DNA from: Nitrospirota bacterium
Lineage (GTDB): Bacteria; Nitrospirota; UBA9217
DNA length: 64,000 nt
NCBI GenBank assembly: GCA_963737155.1
Contig: CAVTRN010000002.1
Span: forward strand, 1,952,001-2,016,000
Direction: 5' to 3'
The number at the start of each line of letters is the position of its first letter. Position 1 is the first letter of the stretch. The notes beneath the pieces are model-generated. The model ran no database searches, had not been told where the DNA came from, and was given only the letters and a program-made list of their open reading frames with translations. This document shows, piece after piece, positions 19,472 to 30,920 of this stretch. The position numbers and the translations under genes are program-made.

Positions 19472-19798
19472 CGTATTATCAACCTCGCTTTTTGATTGAT
19501 TTTATTATAGAAAACAGGTGTGAGTATAACAAATAACCGATCGATTTGCAACGCAAATTCAGGTTGGGACAGACGTTGTCCTCACGTGGAGGCGCATAGA
19601 CAGCAGAATAAATCATTTACGATAACTAGGTATCCTTGCATTTTTTTGGAAAAGTCACGGGATTCCGGATCAAGAGAGTCTGGAACGGAGGATGAGGAAT
19701 TACTAATGTTATTCTTGTTCGTGGTGTTATAGCTAAAAAGTTACATTATTTCGTTTCTTTGGATTGCATTCCGGTTTGACTAGAATTTCTATCGTAAA

Positions 19799-21748
19799 TC
19801 ACGGATGCTGATAAGGGTTCTGCTCGCTCGGAATATCTTGAATAACCCCGTAGTTTGGATCTTGTATATCCCGTACGTCGGCTAGTCGACCGCCTTTTTC
19901 GGGTTCAAAATCAGGAACGATTTCTTTCACTTTCTCAACTATTTTGAACGTGAAACCATCTTCTTCCAAAATATGTGACAACTGATCCAGTTTTGCCATC
20001 AAAGTCGTTTCATCAACCTCTTCCCTTCCCGCTACATATATTTTTTCATGTAAGGTTGACTTTATTTCCTCACTATCGGTTAAAAGCTCTTCGTAAAGCT
20101 TTTCTCCCGGTCTAAGGCCACTGAAGATGATCTTAATATCGCGATCCGGCTCAAGTCCGCACAGTGTTATCATATCCCTAGCTAGATCGACTATCCTAAC
20201 CGGTTCACCCATCTCAAGAATAAATATCTCGCCACCCTTTCCCATAGCTCCTGCCTGCATAATGAGCTGGACCGATTCGGGAATTGTCATGAAATAACGA
20301 TATATTTCGGGATGTGTAACTGTTATCGGTCCACCTTTCTCTATTTGGCGTTTAAACAGCGGGATTACGCTGCCAACACTGTTCAGAACATTTCCGAACC
20401 TGACCGTGACGAATTGGGTCTTGCTGTGATTTCCAATGCTCTCACAAATAATCTCGGCAATCCGTTTGCTTGCACCCATGATGTTTGTTGGACGGACTGC
20501 CTTGTCCGTGGAAACCATCACGAATTTATTGACACCATAAGCTCGTGCAGATTTAGCAACTACCAATGTGCCGAAAATGTTATTTCGGATTGCCTCACCA
20601 GGGTTCATCTCCATAAGTGGTACATGTTTGTAAGCCGCTGCATGAAAAATGACTTGCGGCATAAAACGACCGAGTGTTCTCTCCACACGATTCCGGTTCG
20701 TAACATCTCCAATGACCGGCTGAAGGTCGAGATCAGGAAACAGTTCCTGCAGATTCAAGTGGATCTGGTAAAGATTGTATTCTGAATGATCGAAAAGGAC
20801 GAGTCGTCTTGGAGAAAATTTTGCTACTTGTCTGCAAAGTTCAGAACCGATCGATCCACCTGCTCCTGTAATCATGACGGTTTTATTACGCAAATAAGAT
20901 TTTATCGCTGCGGTGTCGAGCTTTGCGGAATCTCTCCCGAGCAAGTCCTCGATCTGAAATTCTCTGAGCGCGCTAACCTTCACCTTGCCGTCGAGAATAT
21001 CACCTACTGTGGGCAACGTCTTAAATGTAATCTGTGCACGTTTACAAATTAATGCGATTCTGCGTTTGGCTTTGGCGGAAGCAGAAGGTATTGCAAGAAA
21101 TATTTCTTCAACCTTGTGTTCTTTTACAATAATCGGGATAATTCGAGTATTTCCAAATACACGATAGCCATGAATTGTCATGTTCCGTTTGTTTCTATCA
21201 TCGTCGACAAAACCAACTGGTGTATAACTCAAGCGGTAATTTCCGAGGATCTCTCGAAGAATCGCTTCACCGGCCCTTCCTGCTCCTACAATAAGTATCT
21301 TTTTGTTCGGATCTTCAATCGTTTTCCAAAGCTTAAATCCACCTTCACGATAAAGCCTGTAGCCAAAACGGCTTCCTCCCACGAGAACGATCATAATAAA
21401 CCAGTCGATGATGAAAACAGAACGAGGATATTCGTCAAAACGAAGGAAGAGCACCAGCATGCCTACAATGAACAACGAGCCAAACGTTGTCGCTTTGATA
21501 ATTACGACAAGATCTCGAACACTCACAAATCTCCACATTCCCCTGTATAACCCATGGGTCTGAAACATAAATAGTCTTACGATGACGACCAACGGCAAGG
21601 TGAATAGTATCTGTCTCATGTGTGAATCTAGCTGCACAGTGTTGAATCGAAGTACATAGGATATAAACAAGGATATTGATATCAAAACAGTATCGTTTAT
21701 AACCACAAGGATTTGTTTAAAGCGTCTTTCAATTAAAAATGATAACAT
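19799..21748 (-). CDS. Membrane-bound UDP-GlcNAc 4,6-dehydratase (PglF/WbpM/CapD family)
   Basis: N-terminal TMs, IEDLLGR, TGAGGSIGSELCRQ, HAAAYKHVP, STDKAVRPTNIMGASKR, VRFGNVL, GLRPGEKLYEEL. Confidence 0.95.
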   Translation of the reverse strand: MLSFLIERRFKQILVVINDTVLISISLFISYVLRFNTVQLDSHMRQILFTLPLVVIVRLFMFQTHGLYRGMWRFVSVRDLVVIIKATTFGSLFIVGMLVLFLRFDEYPRSVFIIDWFIMIVLVGGSRFGYRLYREGGFKLWKTIEDPNKKILIVGAGRAGEAILREILGNYRLSYTPVGFVDDDRNKRNMTIHGYRVFGNTRIIPIIVKEHKVEEIFLAIPSASAKAKRRIALICKRAQITFKTLPTVGDILDGKVKVSALREFQIEDLLGRDSAKLDTAAIKSYLRNKTVMITGAGGSIGSELCRQVAKFSPRRLVLFDHSEYNLYQIHLNLQELFPDLDLQPVIGDVTNRNRVERTLGRFMPQVIFHAAAYKHVPLMEMNPGEAIRNNIFGTLVVAKSARAYGVNKFVMVSTDKAVRPTNIMGASKRIAEIICESIGNHSKTQFVTVRFGNVLNSVGSVIPLFKRQIEKGGPITVTHPEIYRYFMTIPESVQLIMQAGAMGKGGEIFILEMGEPVRIVDLARDMITLCGLEPDRDIKIIFSGLRPGEKLYEELLTDSEEIKSTLHEKIYVAGREEVDETTLMAKLDQLSHILEEDGFTFKIVEKVKEIVPDFEPEKGGRLADVRDIQDPNYGVIQDIPSEQNPYQHP

Positions 21749-22446
21749 AATGAGACCACCTTATCAGCAGAATTTGTAAAGGGTTTTCGGTTCTTTCGTT
21801 TGATATAAAGCAATTTGTAGAGTATCCATGTTCCAAAAACCATACGCTTTACTCACGGCGAGATTCGCTTAAAGGTTGTACCCTCAAACGTACCCTTTAA
21901 GACCTCACCATTTAGCTGGAACCACTTCAGAGTAAGCTCCCCATGGTTCCGCATCATCTGCAACACTATTTTCACAGTCTCGATATTCGTGGACATCACC
22001 CGCTTAATTCAGTAATCAGGATATTTCTCCGCACTTCCTATACTATATACTATGCATAGTATAATACTTATAAACAACGGAATAAAATATATGATCAATG
22101 CCGATCTATTCGATTTTTTCCTTCCTGCACTGGGCTAGATCATATTCCGCTACACAAGCGACGACCCGATGCACACTGTCGCTACTGTCTTGATAATATC
22201 AGATACTTTCTTCCACGATAGCAATCGTTCCCAATGTGCCAGTTACATCTTCTCCTGAGTCGTCTGATGCCATTCCCTTCCTGACCGAAGTAAATGCTAT
22301 TCTATTGGCCGTTGAATCGTACAATCCGCATAATGCAACGCATAAAGAACAGACGTCTTTAACGACTAGATCGAAATTATACCCTCTGCCGATGTTTTCT
22401 ATTTAACATTTCTACTAAATAACAGCATCCAAAAATCATTACGTTG

Positions 22447-23007
22447 TTAATGTGCCACTCCCTCTCTCATCAGCACTTTAAATAAAGTCATAAAAAGAAT
22501 CTTGAGGTCAAGCAGGAATGAGCGATGTTTAAGATAATAGGCATCGAATTCTACTTTAATAGGAATCGGGAGTTCGTCTCTTCCGTTAATTTGTGCCCAA
22601 CCAGTGAGGCCGGGAACGAGCTCGTGGATGCCCTTCTGCCTTCTCAATGAAATCAGATCATCCTGATTAAACAATGCTGGCCGTGGCCCTACAAAACTCA
22701 TGTCCCCTTTCAAGATACTGAAAAGTTGTGGCAATTCATCCAAGCTCGATTTGCGCAGATATTTACCTATGGTAGTCACATACTTCGCAGGGTTCGATAT
22801 TAGATGCGTAGCCACTGCCGGGGTATTGATCATCATAGTCCGGAATTTGGGCATTCTGAAGATGGTATTATGCCTTCCTACCCGGTCGGACCAGTAGAGC
22901 GCTGGTCCACGCGAGGTAATTTTCACTAGAACAACAATAAATAACATGGGCAGACTAAATAAGGCGATAAACAATAGCGATATGCTAAGATCAAATAATC
23001 TTTTCAT
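22447..23007 (-). CDS. Small phosphoglycosyl transferase (Bac_transf; initiating sugar transferase)
   Basis: MKRLFD, KFRTM, SLDELPQL..GDMSFVGPRP, PGLTGWAQINGR. Confidence 0.93.
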   Translation of the reverse strand: MKRLFDLSISLLFIALFSLPMLFIVVLVKITSRGPALYWSDRVGRHNTIFRMPKFRTMMINTPAVATHLISNPAKYVTTIGKYLRKSSLDELPQLFSILKGDMSFVGPRPALFNQDDLISLRRQKGIHELVPGLTGWAQINGRDELPIPIKVEFDAYYLKHRSFLLDLKILFMTLFKVLMREGVAH

Positions 23008-23055
23008 AATGGCTTGTGGAGCGAACCCAGCCGACTACTCCAGAATATCAGCAAA

Positions 23056-23835
23056 TTAATATATTTTCCAGCCCCATTTGTTAAAATATCTAAACATACT
23101 TACAATCATTACAAAAGCCATTCTGTAATTTTTATGTGGTTCTCTGCCCCACTCATGAGTTACAGTTGCCCCCGGAAAATAAACAGTTCTATAGCCAATA
23201 CTCTGGACCATGCGTCCAAGGTCGCAATCTTCAAAATGAAGGAAATATCGTGGATCAAATCCCCCAACCCGCTTCAATACATTTGTCCGGCAAAACATGA
23301 AGCATCCCGTTGTAAACTCTATGTCACAAACCGAAAGATATCCGACATCCTTCATTTCATAACGATCTAATCGTTTTTGAAATAAAGGTAATAACGACTT
23401 TGGCAAAAAGCGTCTAATCAATAGATCAAATACTGTCGGATACCGCTTGTTCAGGTGCTGCGTAGTCCCATCAGGATTCAAAACCTTAGGACAAGCTATA
23501 CCTATATCAGGATTCTCATCCATAAAAGCTGTCAACAGCTGAATAGCCGAAGATGCAACTATGATATCGGGGTTCACAATAATGTGGTATTTACTATCTG
23601 AAGACTTACTAAGTGCTTTATTATGCCCTCGTCCATACCCTGCATTACGACCATAAAAATGGTACTTGATCGGTAAATCAAGAAGTGATGACTTAATCGA
23701 CTGCGTTTCGGAATTATCTACGATGTGAAGTTCTATATCGTGCGAGCACAATAATAAACTATTTATTGCACGTTTAATCATAGCAGATGGGCTATTATAA
23801 ACAACGATTGATGCGCTGCATTCTATGGTTTTCAT
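23056..23835 (-). CDS. GT2 glycosyltransferase (rhamnosyltransferase-like)
   Basis: IVDNS, NAGYGRGHN, VNPD, GCFM, GGFDPRYFLHFEDCD. Confidence 0.9.
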   Translation of the reverse strand: MKTIECSASIVVYNSPSAMIKRAINSLLLCSHDIELHIVDNSETQSIKSSLLDLPIKYHFYGRNAGYGRGHNKALSKSSDSKYHIIVNPDIIVASSAIQLLTAFMDENPDIGIACPKVLNPDGTTQHLNKRYPTVFDLLIRRFLPKSLLPLFQKRLDRYEMKDVGYLSVCDIEFTTGCFMFCRTNVLKRVGGFDPRYFLHFEDCDLGRMVQSIGYRTVYFPGATVTHEWGREPHKNYRMAFVMIVSMFRYFNKWGWKIY

Positions 23836-23867
23836 GAAGTCATCCGGTTTTAGATAATCAATACATA

Positions 23868-24455
23868 TTAAGGCGATGTCTTTTTATAAATTGCTACTAA
23901 GCAGTATTGCCTAACAGAATTTGATAGCTTCTTGTTTGCTAATAAAAATGGCAACGAAAATAAATTAATCAATGACCAACGATCATCAAGCCGTTTTAGT
24001 TTATCCTCATCATAGTAAACTTTATGATCAGGGTCTAAACTAAATCCCATAATACCAGGTACTGCAACAACAAGTCCTCCTCTTCGACTAGTAATTCGAT
24101 AGCACTCATCTAAAGTTTGCTGTGGATCAACAACATGCTCCAAAACACTATCAAGAATGCACGAATCAAATGTATTGTCCGCTACAGGAAATGAACCATT
24201 GTCGTTAATAAGTTGAGCATTTAACCCGATGCTCCTGCAATATTCTACTGTAATTGGATTTACATCCAATCCACTCACAAACGAAGGGAAAGTCCCCAGC
24301 ACTCCACTTCCGGTACCAGATCCAACCTCAAGAATACGCGGGCCAAAACGACGCGCGAATAAAAATAATATCGGTGAAGAAATAAGTCGCTTATACGCAC
24401 GTCCAGCAAAGCTTATTTTTCTCAGATGGTGGTAATAATCTTTAAATTTGTCCAA
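23868..24455 (-). CDS. Class I SAM-dependent methyltransferase
   Basis: ILEVGSGTG, FD..VLEHVVDP. Confidence 0.88.
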   Translation of the reverse strand: MDKFKDYYHHLRKISFAGRAYKRLISSPILFLFARRFGPRILEVGSGTGSGVLGTFPSFVSGLDVNPITVEYCRSIGLNAQLINDNGSFPVADNTFDSCILDSVLEHVVDPQQTLDECYRITSRRGGLVVAVPGIMGFSLDPDHKVYYDEDKLKRLDDRWSLINLFSLPFLLANKKLSNSVRQYCLVAIYKKTSP

Positions 24456-24493
24456 GACATGTCCTTTTTATCAATTTGATCTAATAATTAGGG

Positions 24494-25603
24494 CTAAGAT
24501 AAGTATGATTTCAGAAGTGAATCTCCCAAATATCGGCAGGGCTCGATTGCAGCTCCTTCTGACCACTCGTTCCAAGCATTACACAACAACGGGAGATTAT
24601 CCGAATAAACTGAATCAGCAAGCGACGTACTCAGCATAACTGAAAATTGTTCTTGAGTTGGAACCTCAATCGCCGTAAAACGATCACGATATCTCGGAGC
24701 ATTATTCCAGCCACATGTCAATACGTTTTGAACTGGGCACTTCAATGTATCAGTTAGACGTTTTCGATCTGGCGAGTGGAAGTAGTCTAAAAAATATGAG
24801 AATGGATATGTTTTCGAAGTGATATTTAATAATTTGCCAACCTTATCTGACAAGTATTCAGCTTTTGTGTACGGCATTGAGTGAATAATGCGTCTAAATA
24901 CTGAATGTATGAGCTTGTATTTTCGTAATCCATGATAATTTAAGAACAACCTCGGCTCAAACAGGTAACAAAAATCGAAAATATCTGAGTATTCAACATC
25001 TGAGGCACTCTTTAGACAGTAACCAATTAATGCATTAACTCCAACTCGATTAAACTCATCGCGATAACAATTTATTGTTTTAACAGGGTCGTGAAAAAAT
25101 TCTGGGCGATAGATAACAAAAAGCGGACGATTCATAACCGTGGTATAAGATACTGACTCCATAAATGGCTTCAAATAGTTCACATGGCCGCGTATTTGAT
25201 CATTACTTGGCGATGTAGAAACAAATTTTAGAATCTCAGTATCTTTTCCAGCCCAACGTTTTGACCAACTTTCATTTGCCCAAATAAAGAAGTAATTAAA
25301 TTTCTCTGGTGTCCGAGAACATTGTAAATAACGTTCAACAGCATTCAATTCAGGTCCTTCTTCAAACCAATAATGATAGATACCAAAACCATCTAATCCG
25401 GCATTGGCAGCTTCTTCAAACCTTGCTGCAATATCATTGGTTTTAGATAAATCATAAAAACCAGCAACAGGAGAACGCCGTCTCCAATAATCGAACGCAT
25501 TTGCTGCAGAAACTAATGTCCAATCTGTAAAGCCGTAACCCCAAGCAATATCATTAACTTGGATTTGATGGAATTGAGGAAAAAAAATAGCATATCGCTT
25601 CAT
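24494..25603 (-). CDS. WbsX / GH99-like domain glycosyltransferase
   Basis: AIFFPQFH, GFTDW, GFYDL, YHYWF, WANESW, GWNNAPR, NAWNEWSEG..IEP. Confidence 0.88.
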   Translation of the reverse strand: MKRYAIFFPQFHQIQVNDIAWGYGFTDWTLVSAANAFDYWRRRSPVAGFYDLSKTNDIAARFEEAANAGLDGFGIYHYWFEEGPELNAVERYLQCSRTPEKFNYFFIWANESWSKRWAGKDTEILKFVSTSPSNDQIRGHVNYLKPFMESVSYTTVMNRPLFVIYRPEFFHDPVKTINCYRDEFNRVGVNALIGYCLKSASDVEYSDIFDFCYLFEPRLFLNYHGLRKYKLIHSVFRRIIHSMPYTKAEYLSDKVGKLLNITSKTYPFSYFLDYFHSPDRKRLTDTLKCPVQNVLTCGWNNAPRYRDRFTAIEVPTQEQFSVMLSTSLADSVYSDNLPLLCNAWNEWSEGAAIEPCRYLGDSLLKSYLS

Positions 25604-26337
25604 TTAGTTGACAACCTTCCTTTGCACATTCTCCAAGACTTCAACAACACTCTGCGAAATATCACAAGACAATAGGAGATAAAGCCGATCTGCTTCAGTA
25701 CAATTGCAGGATAAGCTTGTCTAAATATAAGATCCGGCGAGCGAGAAGATAAACCATCCGCTGAATACCAAGCTACACAGCCATTATATTTCGTGAACTT
25801 TAAATGAGGAGTTGAACTAAAATAAATATTAACATAATGATCAGCCTGTGTTTTGAATTGAACGGGATATTTACCGATCTCTTTCAGAAATCGCAAACGG
25901 TTGTAAAAAAGGCCTTGGTGGCACCAATTTGTCCATGCAAGACTCTTTCTGAAAATATTGTTCTTAAATATTCTATTCTTGCCCCAAAATACATCGGCAA
26001 GAATAAGATCCGCTTCATTTTCCTTGCCCTGTATTATGGCATTAGCAGCTACTGGGAGTAATATATCATCTTGACCAATAAAGTAAAGATAACTGCCCCT
26101 AGCCTTAGTAATGCCGATATTCATAGCTTGATAGATTCCGGGTACGTCTTCACCATAAATTTGCAGGTTATCAATACAAGCAATATCACTAAAAGATAAC
26201 ACATCTGGTGTTATTATAATTATTTCGTATGCTATTTTTCTGTTTAGTGCGCTCCTAATTGAATAAATGCATCTTATGAGGTCATCATTTAGCCGAAGTG
26301 CTGGTAATATTATTGATAAATCAGGAGGTAAGTTCAT
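25600..26337 (-). CDS. GT2 glycosyltransferase (WcaE-like)
   Basis: GIYQAMNIGI..A.G.YLYFIGQDD, CHQGLFY. Confidence 0.85.
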   Translation of the reverse strand: MNLPPDLSIILPALRLNDDLIRCIYSIRSALNRKIAYEIIIITPDVLSFSDIACIDNLQIYGEDVPGIYQAMNIGITKARGSYLYFIGQDDILLPVAANAIIQGKENEADLILADVFWGKNRIFKNNIFRKSLAWTNWCHQGLFYNRLRFLKEIGKYPVQFKTQADHYVNIYFSSTPHLKFTKYNGCVAWYSADGLSSRSPDLIFRQAYPAIVLKQIGFISYCLVIFRRVLLKSWRMCKGRLSTK

Positions 26338-26352
26338 AAGATAATCTGTCGG

Positions 26353-27648
26353 TTAAGAAACGATAGTATGAATAGCTTTATGGGGTACATTACGTACCGA
26401 TGTAACTATTAGCTTACTTGAAAATATAATGAGCATCCACACAAACAGGAGTTCAGCTGTTAGCACAAATGCCTGAAAGTCTTGCACAAAAGTTAATAAC
26501 ATCGTAAATAAAAAGGAAAATGAAATTAACTTCCTGAATGGACCTTGAGATATATAAAGTGTTAGATAACCAACAGCAATAACAACGACGATAAAGAGCA
26601 TGCAAAAAAAGATAGCAAATAAATCTGATAAATTTCTGTAGTAAGTTAGAATATGGGAGCTAAGACCTGCATTGGCTCCGACAAATAAGTCTATGGAATA
26701 TGCAGCTGCGTACTGTGCTCTCCCGATGGGTAATTCTGAAACTTGGACACCTAGTTTATAAGAAAACCCCTTAAAGATTTCTGCCAGCAAATTGCCGTGA
26801 ATGTTTGTCATCATTGCATTATTAATTAATGAATCGCTGGCAAGGGCACGACCATCTGCCGACAAAACAAACCTTGATAGTGCAAGATTGATAGATTGTT
26901 CAAAAGAAGAATTTAGAAATACACTCATCAAATAAATATATGCAATGATAGAAGCACTAAAGACAATAAATGAAAGGATTTTTACGGTCAAAGAGATTTT
27001 GTTTAATTTATACCCTAAACCAAAAGCCAGGATGAATATTGTCAGAATAATCATAAAAACATTCCCCTTCGATCCTGATAAAAGGCTTATCATAAAAGTG
27101 ATAAGAAATGCTAAGATGTCCAGCCATGAAAATTTATTTTTATACAACCTAGTACTTATTACTATTATAATTGCATTTTGAACAACAGCAGAAAAGTATG
27201 TCAATAATAGCGGTAAACCACCATTTGAAAGATAATCAATCCGTGAACCCCCTGATAATAATCCAAAACTATTTGGATTCGATAATAATAAATAAAGCGA
27301 TATGCTAATAGAGAGAAATAATAGTTTTTTTAATATTCCATCTGAGATAAATGCATTGATTGATGAAATGATTCTATAGATTAAATCGCAAAGAAAATAG
27401 GTTGTGAAGAACAGCAATATTAGTTCAAGTGCTATGACAAATAGTATTAACTTGCTGTTAGATACTGTGTCGCTGTATATTAAAATATAAATTAGGGCAG
27501 ATACTCCAACCACTGACGTCCAGTTTATCAATATTAAAGAGGCTGCTACTTTTCTATAATTAAAGAAAAACAATAAAGCCATGCCAATAAGCAAACTAAT
27601 TGCATAGATTGAGAACTGATTAGCTAATATCAAGTCAATGTTATTCAT
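26353..27648 (-). CDS. wzy: Probable Wzy polysaccharide polymerase
   Basis: About 10-11 hydrophobic helices, LLSGSKG motif, AT-rich, located inside the Wzx cluster. Confidence 0.72.
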   Translation of the reverse strand: MNNIDLILANQFSIYAISLLIGMALLFFFNYRKVAASLILINWTSVVGVSALIYILIYSDTVSNSKLILFVIALELILLFFTTYFLCDLIYRIISSINAFISDGILKKLLFLSISISLYLLLSNPNSFGLLSGGSRIDYLSNGGLPLLLTYFSAVVQNAIIIVISTRLYKNKFSWLDILAFLITFMISLLSGSKGNVFMIILTIFILAFGLGYKLNKISLTVKILSFIVFSASIIAYIYLMSVFLNSSFEQSINLALSRFVLSADGRALASDSLINNAMMTNIHGNLLAEIFKGFSYKLGVQVSELPIGRAQYAAAYSIDLFVGANAGLSSHILTYYRNLSDLFAIFFCMLFIVVVIAVGYLTLYISQGPFRKLISFSFLFTMLLTFVQDFQAFVLTAELLFVWMLIIFSSKLIVTSVRNVPHKAIHTIVS

Positions 27649-28152
27649 TATTTATTGATGTTCTTTATTGTTTTATTTAAAGTTCGATAAGAACGAAAAG
27701 ATGTTTCCAAGCACGATTCTGGAAAGTGTTTCCACTATCATTATTACTTCGTAGATAAGTCATTCGGCCTACGTTTATGTTCTCATTTCCATCTGGGCGT
27801 ACCTTCGACTCCAGCACTACATGAATGGCCACAACTGTCTGGCATCAAAACTAATAAAACCGATGATTTCCTCTACTTTTGGGAATAGCTATTCTCTCTA
27901 GAGACAATTTATCCGAGGCCTAGAAGCCTTCCGACGCAGGATTAGCCATTAGAAATACATCTGTAATCACACAATTGCTGAATATATGATACGATGTTTT
28001 AGTAATAAGTTTTAACCAGCTTAAGAAGATTATTATTCTTTACTTACTAATGCATTGTCTTATAACCAGCTGATGTCCCTCGCTTTTATTTACCCCTGCA
28101 CGAAGTTACAGCCATGCTGATAATTCTCCAGAAAATACACTTCACTTAAAAA

Positions 28153-28641
28153 CTATAAAAAGCGATTTGGGGCATCGTTTATAAAATAATACTTGGTAAA
28201 ATTGTGCACAGATGGATCTGAGAGAAGGTCCTCTATAGGCATGAATTTCATTTGCTCATGCTGATCATCATTGTGCGCCGTCCATTTCCCACATACAGTT
28301 ACGCGACATGCAACTATGATGTAATGAGTATTGAATGTCGGATCTCCAAAAACATTATCGTCATATATATGGTCATATATTCCATGTAACGCAATGTCTG
28401 ATATTTTTTTCGAAGGCAAATTAATTTCATCGTTTAATATTCGATTAAGAGATTCATGCAGCCGTTCATTCTTGAAAACTCGTCCACCAGGAACGAACCA
28501 TAAACCTTGTGCCGGTGGATTTTTTCTCAGGCCTACTAAAACCCTGTTATCTTTATCTTGTACAATTAGGTCAAGGGCAATGAGATTCGTCGTCCGCACT
28601 ACTTTCCTAAATTCTTCGGTAGATAAATAAAACTTCAACAT
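28153..28641 (-). CDS. gmm: GDP-mannose mannosyl hydrolase (Nudix)
   Basis: F..VV..T.LIALDLIV..LVGLR.N.PAQG.WFVPGGRV.KNE, YDHIYDD, THY, QH. Confidence 0.9.
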   Translation of the reverse strand: MLKFYLSTEEFRKVVRTTNLIALDLIVQDKDNRVLVGLRKNPPAQGLWFVPGGRVFKNERLHESLNRILNDEINLPSKKISDIALHGIYDHIYDDNVFGDPTFNTHYIIVACRVTVCGKWTAHNDDQHEQMKFMPIEDLLSDPSVHNFTKYYFINDAPNRFL

Positions 28642-29810
28642 AATATCCTTGTATTAATAAAGTCCAAATAACGCAATGCTGCATTGTCCCAACTATAATA
28701 TCCAACAGCTTCGTGGTTATGAGAAATGTGTTCAGAAATCAATAAATTATCATCCCAGACACGCAATAGTAGCTCAGCAAGATCCTTGTCATCTAATGGT
28801 TTAAATAATTCGCATTTAAGCAGTTGTGACATCTCTCTGTTAGGAGAAGTATCCGATGCGAGAACCGGACAGCCAGCAGCGGCGGCCTCCAAGAATGGAA
28901 GACTGCTTGATTCATAAAGTACAGCCGTTATTAAAAATTTGGATCTTTGATACAGGGCAATCATATCTTCATAAGGTACGATCCCCAGATAATGCACATG
29001 CGACAAGTCGTGATCGGTAATATATCTGAAAATTGGGTCAGAACCAGAATATTTTGCACCAGTAAGCACTAGTGGAATGCTTAGTTTGTGCTCAAACTTC
29101 AGGCGTTTAATTGCCTTAAGCACAGTAATGTGATTTTTGTGTAACCATAGCTGGGCCGGATAGAAAAGAAATTCAGATGGTAAACCGTATTTATCTACAA
29201 CATCAATATCAGTTGGTGTTGAAAATGTTTTAATATCAACACCTTCATGAATAACCACTATCTGCTCTGGTTTTAGATGCGTAAAATGAGAAAGAAGGTC
29301 CTCTTTAATAAATTGACTGCTTGCTTGTATGTATGTTGCCAACTCAGCACTGAGATTAAAGCGCACATTACGATTGATACGTTCTCGCCAACGGAAATAT
29401 TGTGGGTAGTGCACTTGTTGGATGTCGTGCATGGAAAGTAACGTGGGCTTCAAAAATGTATATGGAAAGAGAGTTGTAGTAGGGATATATATTAAGTCAG
29501 AACACTCATTCATAATCTTGGAATATGGGCTAAAAGCTAAATCTGAAATTACACGATGAAGGATTTTGCCAATGTAAATAGATCGTCCTACCGCGCGATT
29601 CAACTTTTCCGTTACTGGGAAGGATATTATTTCAATACGTGGATCGAATTTAAATGAATCAAATAAACCACGATTATATTCCGTAACATATAACTGAATT
29701 TTGTTGTTGTGGCTTACACTGGCGAGTCCTTTCAATAAACCAAGCGTGTATGAGTTTACCCCGCCTCTATACGTTGGATCTGTTGCTATGCAGTTAATTC
29801 CTATGTTCAT
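28635..29810 (-). CDS. GT4 glycosyltransferase
   Basis: HDIQQ..YP, FYPAQLWLHKNH, YESSSLPFLEAAAAGCPV. Confidence 0.9.
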   Translation of the reverse strand: MNIGINCIATDPTYRGGVNSYTLGLLKGLASVSHNNKIQLYVTEYNRGLFDSFKFDPRIEIISFPVTEKLNRAVGRSIYIGKILHRVISDLAFSPYSKIMNECSDLIYIPTTTLFPYTFLKPTLLSMHDIQQVHYPQYFRWRERINRNVRFNLSAELATYIQASSQFIKEDLLSHFTHLKPEQIVVIHEGVDIKTFSTPTDIDVVDKYGLPSEFLFYPAQLWLHKNHITVLKAIKRLKFEHKLSIPLVLTGAKYSGSDPIFRYITDHDLSHVHYLGIVPYEDMIALYQRSKFLITAVLYESSSLPFLEAAAAGCPVLASDTSPNREMSQLLKCELFKPLDDKDLAELLLRVWDDNLLISEHISHNHEAVGYYSWDNAALRYLDFINTRILC

Positions 29811-30900
29811 AGAAAGCTTTTATCTCCTGAATGACAGTATTTTGTTCATTATCTGTCAATATGTACGATGATGGCAGAGATAATCCCCTGTGATAGATAT
29901 CTTCTGTTACAGGAAATGGGCATGAGTTATTCGCTAATATGAGGGGATCTTTTATATAACAAGGCTGCCAATGTAATGGATAGAAGAAGCGACGAGTCTG
30001 AATCTGGCGGTTTTGTAGCCAAGTGGCAAGCTCGTCTGTTGTATCACTTAGAAATGATGTAAACCAAAATACCGGTTCAGTCCGTGGATCAATCTTACAG
30101 GGAACCAGTCCTGCAATGCCAGAGAGCTCCGAAACATATCGATCATGGATTTCTCGCTTGCGTGGAATAATGCGTGATAGTTTTTTCAATTGCGCAACTC
30201 CAACGGCAGCTTGCATCTCGGTAAAGGAAAAATTGAAACCAATCTCTTCATGGACAAAGACACCTTTACGTTCACGCCCATGGTTCTTGATTCGATAGCA
30301 TGCCTTAGCAAGTACATCATTATCAGTTAGGACCATACCACCTTCTCCACAGGTAATAGTTTTATTGCCGTAGAATGAAAGAATCCCCAATTCTCCAAAA
30401 GTGCCGACATGGCGTCCGTTGAAACGAACACCCACTCCCTGGGCTGCATCTTCTACGACGGCGAGCTTGAATTCCAATGCTAGTGCCGTAACCGCTTCCA
30501 TATCAGCACTTTGACCATAGAGGTGTACCGGCATAATTGCCTTTGTCTTAGGCGTTACTCGACTTCGCGCCGAGGCTGTATCGATACAAAATGTGTCTGT
30601 TAAAACATCACAGAAGATTGGTAGTGCTCCCGCCAAAATTACGGCGTTGGCAGTAGCCACGAATGTCAAATCTGGAACAAGTACCTCGTCACCTGGCCCT
30701 ACGCCAAGTGCTTTTAAACATGAGTACAGCGCTAACGTGCCATTGATCATAGCTATTGCGTGTTTCGCACCAGTTAGTTCACGGCACATATCCTCGAACT
30801 GCGCAGTCATAGTGCTTTCAGTGACAAAAGTGCTCGTAATTACCTTTTTTAATTCGTCTAATTCCTCGTGGTCAATCCACGGTTCAATCTGAATGATCAT
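29794..30900 (-). CDS. DegT/DnrJ PLP aminotransferase, GDP-perosamine-synthase-like
   Basis: VHLYGQ, VVEDAAQ, SFYGNKTITCGEGG (catalytic Lys present). Confidence 0.88.
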   Translation of the reverse strand: MIIQIEPWIDHEELDELKKVITSTFVTESTMTAQFEDMCRELTGAKHAIAMINGTLALYSCLKALGVGPGDEVLVPDLTFVATANAVILAGALPIFCDVLTDTFCIDTASARSRVTPKTKAIMPVHLYGQSADMEAVTALALEFKLAVVEDAAQGVGVRFNGRHVGTFGELGILSFYGNKTITCGEGGMVLTDNDVLAKACYRIKNHGRERKGVFVHEEIGFNFSFTEMQAAVGVAQLKKLSRIIPRKREIHDRYVSELSGIAGLVPCKIDPRTEPVFWFTSFLSDTTDELATWLQNRQIQTRRFFYPLHWQPCYIKDPLILANNSCPFPVTEDIYHRGLSLPSSYILTDNEQNTVIQEIKAFYEHRN

Positions 30901-30920
30901 AAATATCTCCTTAATAAACC

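Noticed and set aside
21780-22440. Possible PIN/DUF3368-like remnant (VTGTLGTI)
   Set aside because: Only a short motif in a stop-ridden region; insufficient without a search
27650-28150. Possible glycosyltransferase pseudogene in the gap
   Set aside because: Probably decayed coding DNA, but no frame gives an identifiable protein
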